This document shows positions 50,617 to 58,257 of a stretch of 64,000 bases of DNA, in pieces. The stretch covers positions 68,957 through 132,956 of the forward strand of contig JAOABX010000001.1 of the NCBI GenBank assembly GCA_026418175.1, written 5' to 3'. Every line of letters begins with the position of its first letter. The stretch's first letter is position 1. The translations under genes were made by a program, and so were the position numbers. This DNA is from Flavobacteriales bacterium (GTDB lineage Bacteria > Bacteroidota > Bacteroidia > CAIKAF01). The notes under the pieces are model-generated. The model ran no database searches. It was not told the origin of the DNA and was given only the letters and a program-made list of their open reading frames with translations.

Positions 50617-51375
50617 ATGCACCAGTTGCTGCCGGGACAGAAAATATATTTTGCATCCGACTTTCATTTGGGCGCCCCCGATTATAAAGCTAGCCGGGAA
50701 CGAGAAGATCGTATTGTTCGTTGGCTTACTTCGATTGAACATGATGCAGCCGAACTATTTCTGGTAGGTGATTTGTTTGATTTTTGGTTTGAATACCGAC
50801 ACGTAGCACCTAAAGGATACATTCGTTTATTGGGAAAGATAGCTTCGTTTACCGATCGAGGCATTCCGGTTCATCTTCATGTTGGGAATCATGATATGTG
50901 GATGTTTGGTTATCTAGAAAAAGAATTGGGGATTACTGTTTCATTTCAACCGGAAGAACGAAATTGGAACGGAATCAATTTTTTGATTGGCCATGGTGAT
51001 GGATTAGGCCCCGGCGATTATGGATACAAATTCGTAAAAAAAATATTTCGCAACCGTTTTTTTCAGTGGAGTTATGCCCGGTTACACCCTAACTTGGCCT
51101 TTGGTGTTGCCAATTTTCTAAGCAGACAAAGCCGTAAAGCCAATTATTCTGCAGATGCTCGATATTTGGGTGATGAAAACGAATGGCTGGTTCAATTTTG
51201 CAAACAACAAGTGCAGCATAAAGCATATCATTATTTAATTTTTGGCCATCGTCACCTTCCTCTTGAAAAAGAAATTCAACCCGGTAGTAAGTATATAAAT
51301 TTGGGCGACTGGATTAAGTACAATACATATGCTGTATTCGACGGGGAAAAAGTAATGTTGAAAACCTTTACCTGA
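50617..51375 (+). CDS. LpxH-like metallophosphoesterase (UDP-2,3-diacylglucosamine diphosphatase family)
   Basis: Metallophosphoesterase motifs YFASDFHLG, LVGDLFDFW, GNHD, GHGD and GHRH. Confidence 0.65.
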   Translation: MHQLLPGQKIYFASDFHLGAPDYKASREREDRIVRWLTSIEHDAAELFLVGDLFDFWFEYRHVAPKGYIRLLGKIASFTDRGIPVHLHVGNHDMWMFGYLEKELGITVSFQPEERNWNGINFLIGHGDGLGPGDYGYKFVKKIFRNRFFQWSYARLHPNLAFGVANFLSRQSRKANYSADARYLGDENEWLVQFCKQQVQHKAYHYLIFGHRHLPLEKEIQPGSKYINLGDWIKYNTYAVFDGEKVMLKTFT

Positions 51376-51457
51376 TAGATAATAAAACATAAGTTGTATT
51401 TTATTAGCCAACTTTTTTAAAAGTTGATGTAATTAAATAAATAAAGTAAATAAAAAA

Positions 51458-51484
51458 GCCCCGCGAGGGGCTTCCCATTTATTA
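51458..51484. terminator. Terminator between convergent genes; acts for gap and possibly for the LpxH-like gene
   Basis: Stem agcccc/ggggct with gcga loop, flanked by an A-run and a T-rich stretch. Confidence 0.55.
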
Positions 51485-51494
51485 TCTACAGTGT

Positions 51495-52496
51495 TTATTT
51501 TTTAGCCAGCATCTCACACAAGTCGGCCAGGCGGTTTGAGTATCCGGCTTCGTTGTCATACCAACCAAATACTTTTACCATGTTGCCTTTTACTACGGTT
51601 AGCGGGGCATCAAATATGCACGAATGTGGATTGCCTATAATATCAGCTGATACTATTTCATCTTCAGTGTATTCTAGTATGCCTTTCAGCGAGCCTTCGG
51701 CAGCTGCTTTAAAGGCAGCATTGATCTCGGCCGGGCTTTTTGGATTTTTTACAATCAATGAAAGGTCTGTAAGTGAACCGGTAGGTGTGGGAATACGCAC
51801 TGATGTTCCGTCCAGCTTTCCATTTAGGTGAGGAAAAATTTTTCCGATAGCTTTAGCTGCACCCGTGGATGTAGGTACAATGGAAAGTGCGGCCGCACGG
51901 GCTCGACGTAAATCTTTGTGTGGAGCATCTTGCAAACGCTGGTCGGCAGTGTATGCATGAATAGTCATCATGTATCCATTTTCAATACCGCAGAGATCAT
52001 CAACTACTTTTACCAGGGGAGAAACGCAGTTTGTAGTACATGATGCATTGGATATAATTTGATCATCGGTTGTAATGGTGTTTTCATTGGCACCCAATAC
52101 AATCATTTTAATATCATCGCCTTTAGCAGGAGCAGAAAGTATAACCCGCTTAGCGCCGGCTTTAATATGACCGGATGCTTTTTCTTTGTCTAAGAATAAA
52201 CCCGTACATTCCAATACAATATCTACCCCCAAATCTTTCCAAGGTAAATTCTCCGGATTTTTTTCGCTCAGCCCCTTGATGGCTTTACCGTTGACAATAA
52301 TATGCTGTTCATCGGCTGAAACAGTTCCATTGAAACGGCCATGAATGGAATCATATTTTAACAAATGTGCCAAGGTGGCATTATCGGTCAGGTCGTTTAT
52401 AGCAACCACATTTACATTAGGTTTGTTTTGAAGGGCACGAAAAGTAATCCGCCCAATGCGTCCGAAGCCGTTAATGGCGACATTGATTTTGCTCAT
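51495..52496 (-). CDS. gap: Type I glyceraldehyde-3-phosphate dehydrogenase
   Basis: NAD-binding motif INGFGRIGR and catalytic SNASCTTNC. Confidence 0.9.
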   Translation of the reverse strand: MSKINVAINGFGRIGRITFRALQNKPNVNVVAINDLTDNATLAHLLKYDSIHGRFNGTVSADEQHIIVNGKAIKGLSEKNPENLPWKDLGVDIVLECTGLFLDKEKASGHIKAGAKRVILSAPAKGDDIKMIVLGANENTITTDDQIISNASCTTNCVSPLVKVVDDLCGIENGYMMTIHAYTADQRLQDAPHKDLRRARAAALSIVPTSTGAAKAIGKIFPHLNGKLDGTSVRIPTPTGSLTDLSLIVKNPKSPAEINAAFKAAAEGSLKGILEYTEDEIVSADIIGNPHSCIFDAPLTVVKGNMVKVFGWYDNEAGYSNRLADLCEMLAKK

Positions 52497-52744
52497 GTTG
52501 AAGATGTTTATGGTTAAAAGTTCGTTATTTCTGGGCGCGAAGATAGTAAATCAGCAGTTTACTTGGGCTGATTTTATCTGTTATAAAAGTCAAGATTTTT
52601 CATTGATTTTTGGGTAGGTTTGGGTTTTCAAGCAATTTCATATAGATTTGTAATTTACAATCTTAACCGATAAAGTTTTAAAATTGTTATATTTTTTTAA
52701 AGTTTGAATCATCAAATTCGCATTAAATATAATTTCATAATCGT

Positions 52745-55015
52745 ATGAGTAGAAAACGCTACACTTGGAACCACGAATGGAAAAAAAGCCTGATATTTAG
52801 TCTGGTTGCCGGTGCCATGGCTTTGACCAATCCGGTGCTTGCACAGCAACCGTATGGCTGTGGCAGCGATATCCACCTGGTTGAAAAAGAATATCCGGGT
52901 ACTTTGTTCAATATGCAGCAATTTGAACAGGAATTCCTAAACTGGATTCAAACCATAGATATTAACCAGCTTGAATTATCTGAATCAGGAACGCGTATTG
53001 TGCCTATGGTTGTGCATGTATTGCATGAAGGTGGAAATGAAAATATTTCCAAAGCCCAAATTCAAAGTCAAATAGTGGCCATTAATAAAGATATGAAGGC
53101 TCAAAATAGCGGGCTTACTACTCCTGCCTTCATTGCGCATCCTACGTTTGATACTTTAGTAGCTAATTACAACCTCGAATTTCGATTGGCTACGAAAGAT
53201 ATGTTTGGTAATTGTACCGATGGTATTGTTCGGGTTTATACTCCCAAAACGAATCAAGCCAAAGATTTTACAAGGTTTAAGCAAGAAAGTTATTGGGACC
53301 GTGATAAGTATTTTAATGTTTGGGTAGTAAAAACCATTTTTAATGATACGCAATATGGAACAATATTGGGGTATGCACAATTCCCATTTGCATTTGGAGG
53401 TCAATATCCATTGACTTCTACCGATGGCGTAGCTGTAATTCACAATGTATTTGGAACAACAGGAACAGCGGCAGGAAATACCGGTGCTACCCTTACTCAT
53501 GAGGTAGGACACTGGTTGGGATTACGCCATATTTGGGGGGATGAAAATTGTGGAAGCGATGGAATTGATGATACACCACAACACAAAGAGCCTAATTTCA
53601 GTGGCCCTTCTTGTTTTTCAATTCCTAAAACAGCAACTTGCTATGAACCTGGCTTTAATGATTATCTCAGAGATACAATTGGTGAAATGTGGATGAATTT
53701 TATGGATTATACGGCAGATCAGTGCTTGTGGATGTTTACCAAAGGCCAAAAAGCATTATCTGATTTTGTATTTAATACCATTGCTTTCCGCGGAAATCTG
53801 ATTACTAATGCCAATAATGTTGCTACCGGTACAGATGATGCCAGTTATGCGGCCCCATGTTCTCCTGCTCCTATTGCTGATTTTTGGAGCCGGAGTGGTA
53901 CGAATGAGCTTATTTCTACAAAATTGCTTTGTGCCGGAGGGCAGCTTACATTTGCTAACGGAACCTATAACGCTACACCTACTTCTATTGATTGGAATTT
54001 TCAAGGTGGAAGTCCTTCCACATCAACCGCCAGTGCCCCAACCATTACTTATAACACTCCTGGAGTGTATGATGTAACACTTACTGCTACTAATGCGCAG
54101 GGAAGCAACACTAAAACACGCGACGACTATGTACGTGTTTATCCAAATCAAGCTGATGAAGCCAGCTTTATCTACTATGATTCCTTTGAATATGGCTCTT
54201 TGTATGATCAAGGCAAATGGTTAGCAGTAAATGAAGGAAATCAAACCAATGGATGGGAAAATTTTGCAGCCGGTTATCTGAGTAATCGTTCTATGCGCAT
54301 GCGAAATGAAAGTAATGTACGATTTGAAACTGATGCCCTTATTTCACCCATGTATGATTTAACTACCATTGACAATGATCAGTTTACATTCCGCTATGCA
54401 TATGCTGTTCGAACTAACAATCCGTTTGTAGAACAAACCGATCGTTTGGAAGTTTATGTTTCTACAAATTGTGGTCAAAACTGGACTAGAAGAAACATAA
54501 CGGTGGATAACCAAACCGCTTCAAATCTCAGTGGTGCTCGTTTGGTTACGGCAGGCCTTGATCCGGATGGGTTCGTGCCTACAAGCCCGTTACAATGGAA
54601 ACAGGCTTCCGTAAATATTACTCCATACGTTAATAATAACAACGTGCGTTTTATGTTCCTATGGACTTCTGGTGGCCCATATGGTAATGATTTCTTCCTG
54701 GATGACATTATGATTCAGAATTCTCAGGCCATCGGTATTGAAGAAGCTACTGCTGGACAAACCGGATTTAAGGTATTCCCTAACCCTGTTTCATCTGTAT
54801 CACAAGTGTATTTCAACCTGACACAAAGTGGTGATGTACAAATCGATTTGTTGGATATTACAGGCCGGGTGGTTGGTAACGTATTCAATGGCACCCTTAA
54901 TGCAGGCGAGCAGACCTTCCAGATTGAACACAGCCGTTTCCAGGCTTCCGGTATTTATATCGTTCGTCTGATTGTGAATGGTGCTGTTTCTACTCAGAAA
55001 ATTGTAGTTGAGTAA
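52745..55015 (+). CDS. Secreted M43 (pappalysin/ulilysin-like) zinc metalloprotease with a PKD domain and a T9SS C-terminal domain
   Basis: Zinc motif HEVGHWLGLRHIW followed by a Cys-rich region and DDTPQ. PKD-like ITYNTPGVYDVTLTATNAQG. CTD FPNPVSS...GIYIVRLIVNGAVSTQKIVVE. Confidence 0.75.
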   Translation: MSRKRYTWNHEWKKSLIFSLVAGAMALTNPVLAQQPYGCGSDIHLVEKEYPGTLFNMQQFEQEFLNWIQTIDINQLELSESGTRIVPMVVHVLHEGGNENISKAQIQSQIVAINKDMKAQNSGLTTPAFIAHPTFDTLVANYNLEFRLATKDMFGNCTDGIVRVYTPKTNQAKDFTRFKQESYWDRDKYFNVWVVKTIFNDTQYGTILGYAQFPFAFGGQYPLTSTDGVAVIHNVFGTTGTAAGNTGATLTHEVGHWLGLRHIWGDENCGSDGIDDTPQHKEPNFSGPSCFSIPKTATCYEPGFNDYLRDTIGEMWMNFMDYTADQCLWMFTKGQKALSDFVFNTIAFRGNLITNANNVATGTDDASYAAPCSPAPIADFWSRSGTNELISTKLLCAGGQLTFANGTYNATPTSIDWNFQGGSPSTSTASAPTITYNTPGVYDVTLTATNAQGSNTKTRDDYVRVYPNQADEASFIYYDSFEYGSLYDQGKWLAVNEGNQTNGWENFAAGYLSNRSMRMRNESNVRFETDALISPMYDLTTIDNDQFTFRYAYAVRTNNPFVEQTDRLEVYVSTNCGQNWTRRNITVDNQTASNLSGARLVTAGLDPDGFVPTSPLQWKQASVNITPYVNNNNVRFMFLWTSGGPYGNDFFLDDIMIQNSQAIGIEEATAGQTGFKVFPNPVSSVSQVYFNLTQSGDVQIDLLDITGRVVGNVFNGTLNAGEQTFQIEHSRFQASGIYIVRLIVNGAVSTQKIVVE

Positions 55016-55037
55016 TTGATAGTTCTTGTAAAAGAAT

Positions 55038-55070
55038 AAAAAGCCGGAGCGATGCTCCGGCTTTTTTTAT
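55038..55070 (+). terminator. Rho-independent terminator
   Basis: Stem agccggagc/gctccggct with gat loop, followed by a T7 run. Confidence 0.6.
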
Positions 55071-55383
55071 GGATGTAAATCAGTGACCAGGGTGGATTTC
55101 TTTTTTGTTTTTTCTCTTCTTCGTTTTCTGATTCCCTTTTACCAGATTTGATTTTGATGAACCGGAAATTGAATAATGAAGGTTTATGGCTATACCAATC
55201 TAGAATGGGATTGATGATTTCTTCCAGAAAAATAGACCCGGGAATCCGCTTTTTTGACAGGCTTGTCCGCATTGTTAGTCTACTGTGGCTTCGGCTGATT
55301 GGTGGCATCTTGTTTTATAGTGAAGTCTGAATGCACTATGCAACTGCTAACGCGCTGATTTGAATTGTTGTATGCACAGAAAA

Positions 55384-55845
55384 TTATTTGGTCAGTTTAA
55401 TTTGACCCATTCTATTGGCTTTGGTGGCAAGTTGCTCCAATTTCTCTGAAATTTCTGCCATGTGTTCACGAACCTTATTAGCCTGTTGAAACTTATATTC
55501 ACTTAGCAATTGTTTTTTTTGTTGTTGTAGTTTCTCCAGTTCGTATTCTAGTCGGGCTTTTTCCTGGTTGATGGCTGTGAGTTGTTCAAGCATATTCATA
55601 CTGAAAAATTTCCGGGCCTGCTGGCTAAAGTCCAGGTATTCTTTCTGGTCAGCTTCCGGCAGCGATGCTATAGCCTGATCCAGTTCTTTCAATCGGTGTT
55701 TTGCTTTCTCCAGCAAGGCGCGTTCGCGTACCCGTTGCCGGGTAGCTTTCAGGTATTCTTGTTTTTGAATGGCTTTGGCTTTTAACTGTACTGCCTGATC
55801 AAATTCACGTTGCAAGGTAATTAGATCCTGAATTATTTGATTCAT
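55384..55845 (-). CDS. Coiled-coil protein of unknown function; third gene of the WYL-associated cassette
   Basis: 153 aa, almost entirely heptad-like and Lys/Glu/Gln-rich, with no transmembrane segment or signal peptide. Its start lies 2 bp from the stop of the upstream gene. Confidence 0.45.
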   Translation of the reverse strand: MNQIIQDLITLQREFDQAVQLKAKAIQKQEYLKATRQRVRERALLEKAKHRLKELDQAIASLPEADQKEYLDFSQQARKFFSMNMLEQLTAINQEKARLEYELEKLQQQKKQLLSEYKFQQANKVREHMAEISEKLEQLATKANRMGQIKLTK

Positions 55846-55847
55846 AT

Positions 55848-56174
55848 TTACATTTTAGCCATTAATTGAAATAATTTGTTTTTAATACACCAGGTTTCTT
55901 CTTCTGTAAAAACATTTTTTAAACGGTTTTCACTGCCAATAATTGTTTTTTCTTCATCCACTTGTACAGATTCTAACAAGCGCCGAAGGGTTTCAATTTT
56001 TTCGATCAGAGTTTTTGCTTCATTGTCATCCAATTTTCGCTTTTCCCAATCTTCAATTTGTGCTTTTTTTTCTGCGGCTTCCAGTTTTTTCAATTCTAGA
56101 TTAATTCGTTTTTCTTCCTCTTGAAGGTTTGTAGAACGTTTGGAAGTCTTTTTTTGTGATGCTGAAGTTTTCAT
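55848..56174 (-). CDS. Small coiled-coil protein of unknown function; second gene of the cassette
   Basis: 108 aa with a Lys/Ser-rich N-terminus followed by a Glu/Lys coiled coil. Tightly coupled to both neighbours. Confidence 0.45.
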   Translation of the reverse strand: MKTSASQKKTSKRSTNLQEEEKRINLELKKLEAAEKKAQIEDWEKRKLDDNEAKTLIEKIETLRRLLESVQVDEEKTIIGSENRLKNVFTEEETWCIKNKLFQLMAKM

Positions 56175-56187
56175 ATCTGTCTGATTT

Positions 56188-56691
56188 TTAATCTCTAAAA
56201 GGGGTTAATTCAATTTCGTAAAAATTAAAATAGGAGCTGTCTCCAGGCTCTTTTTCTATAAGGTCTATTTTTTTCCAGGATTTGGGTATGGGTGGAAATA
56301 CGAGTTGAAAAGACAGGTTTTCTTTGTAATGTTGAAATTCATGTTTGTTCGGACTTATCGGTATGTATAGCGCCTCCCTCATGGGCAAAATTTCATCGGT
56401 ATCGCTTTTTCGGATAAAAGTTTCCGGCTGGATTCTTACCCAACCTCCATTTATAAATTCTGGCTGGGCATAATACATAATATGAATGATCGTATTTTTT
56501 TCAGAAGAATTGATTGACAGAATTTCACAACATCTTCCACAGGTGCTGAAACGGTACCTCGGGCGCTGAACTGGATATTTCAATAAGTCAATAAGTTCAT
56601 GAAGTATGGTATTTAGTTCCTCGATGCGTTTGTTTTGATTTGCCATAATTCTATGCATAATTTTTATGCAAGAACGCAAAGCAAAACGCAT
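56188..56691 (-). CDS. Hypothetical protein with a CxxCC motif; first gene of the cassette downstream of the WYL regulator
   Basis: 167 aa as given; an alternative start at MANQ (56646) gives 152 aa. N-terminal helix followed by CGRCCE, then a β-rich C-terminus. No recognisable family. Confidence 0.45.
   Translation of the reverse strand: MRFALRSCIKIMHRIMANQNKRIEELNTILHELIDLLKYPVQRPRYRFSTCGRCCEILSINSSEKNTIIHIMYYAQPEFINGGWVRIQPETFIRKSDTDEILPMREALYIPISPNKHEFQHYKENLSFQLVFPPIPKSWKKIDLIEKEPGDSSYFNFYEIELTPFRD
56653..56669. promoter_or_regulatory. Perfect palindrome TGCATAA-N3-TTATGCA at the start of the first cassette gene (candidate operator)
   Basis: Read directly from the sequence. Lies 7 nt upstream of the MANQ start codon. 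Confidence 0.3.
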
Positions 56692-56766
56692 TCTATATCC
56701 GGTTTAAAAAAAAAAGAAATTTTTTTTAAACAAATATTCAGTACTATAATTGATGAGAAAACGTTA

Positions 56767-57783
56767 TTATCTCAATGATTTTACAGGCATAGATGCTAAC
56801 AAATGTTTTTTTCTCACAGACTCAGCGAGCCAATTCGGCGACAAAATTGTAACCTGATGCCCGTAAGAAAGTAACAGGCTTTCCAGTTCTACCGTAACAT
56901 AAACATCTAAGGTAATTTCCAGTGGGCCTCGCTTTGATACAACCTGCTGGGATGGATGTAAAGGTTTTGATACAATATAAGGTTCCAAATCCGAAGTAAA
57001 ACGAAGGTGGATACGTTCTTTTTTTCCTTGGGTACTTCGTGTTATGCCTATACAATGTTTAAAATATTCTTGTGGGTCAAATTTCCCTGAAATATGAAAC
57101 GGATGCCGGGCAAGTTGTTTTAAGCGGAGTATTCTATCCAGGCCAAAAGTACGTATTTCGTGGTGTTTTTCACTGAATCCAACAAGGTACCAGGCACCTC
57201 GATATTCTTTTAAAATATATGGGTGTACTATTAATTCGCTACTGGTTTTTCGCTGATATGAAAAATGCAGAATTTGTACCGGATGTTTTTTTTCAATGGC
57301 TTTTACTAGCTTATCAAACACAGGCAAATGATTTCCATTTTCATTTGTTTCAGGCATAATAAAAGTATGGGCATAAGGACCGGCTTGCTTATCTATGGCT
57401 AAATATTTGTATATTTTTTCCAGGGCTTTGACGTAGTTTTTCCCAATAGTAGTTGAACGCAATGATCGCATAAAAGTGAGCGCTGCATCCAAGGCCTCTA
57501 ATTCTTCATCGTCAATCAACAAATGATCTATCGAATATTGGGGGTTTTTGTAATAATAGCCGTTGTATCTTCTACTAAAAGCAATGGGTGCAAAAAAACC
57601 AAGTTCTTCATCTTCTTTCATGGCTTTAATATCTTTTTGAATGGTAGAAATGGCAAAGGGCTTTCCTATCCTTTCTTCCATTGTTCGTCGGATGTCTTCC
57701 ATGGTAGGATAAGGCCTTCGCTTATTAAGCAGCATCCGATTGATGATTTTATAGCGTAGCAAGGCATCTTTATTTAGCGGCAT
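56767..57783 (-). CDS. HTH-WYL-WCX transcriptional regulator (BrxR/CapW/YafY-like)
   Basis: N-terminal wHTH (LLRYKIINRMLLNKRRPYPTMEDI), a WYL domain containing EYRGAWYLVGFSEKHHEIRTFGLDRI, and a C-terminal WCX-like region. Confidence 0.7.
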   Translation of the reverse strand: MPLNKDALLRYKIINRMLLNKRRPYPTMEDIRRTMEERIGKPFAISTIQKDIKAMKEDEELGFFAPIAFSRRYNGYYYKNPQYSIDHLLIDDEELEALDAALTFMRSLRSTTIGKNYVKALEKIYKYLAIDKQAGPYAHTFIMPETNENGNHLPVFDKLVKAIEKKHPVQILHFSYQRKTSSELIVHPYILKEYRGAWYLVGFSEKHHEIRTFGLDRILRLKQLARHPFHISGKFDPQEYFKHCIGITRSTQGKKERIHLRFTSDLEPYIVSKPLHPSQQVVSKRGPLEITLDVYVTVELESLLLSYGHQVTILSPNWLAESVRKKHLLASMPVKSLR

Positions 57784-58257
57784 AGATTTATTATTTATTT
57801 TATTGTTCCAATTTTATATTATCTTGTAACCTATAAAAAAACAATTGCATTATTTACAAATCAATTTGACAGATGCTTTATTTATACTAATCATTTGATT
57901 GATTCATTTTTTAATTCATTTTTGAAATTCTATGTAATTCTTTTTTCAATCAGCGAATTTCTTTACTTTATTTCAATTTTTAATTTTTTATGTATGAAAT
58001 GATAAGTACCAAGATAATATTTATGAAGTTTACATAGTTTATATATAAAATACAATTCATTTGACTTTTACATAACATCTCATGGGGGGTATGAAATTAT
58101 AAAAAAGTATAATGTAAATTATTATTTCCATATTCATTAACAAATGTTGATGTAAGATTACAACTTTTTGATAAAAAATTTAAATATGGTATTTATAAGT
58201 TTGTTTTGTAATTTAAATCAAAATGCATCAATATTTTTAAATGTTAGTATTTAAGTT

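Noticed and set aside
54994-55308. 104-aa minus-strand ORF downstream of the metalloprotease
   Set aside because: It overlaps the intrinsic terminator hairpin and the 3' end of the protease gene, and its translation is Arg/Ser/Lys-rich low complexity. Unlikely to be coding, though the 313-bp spacer itself could hold an ncRNA.
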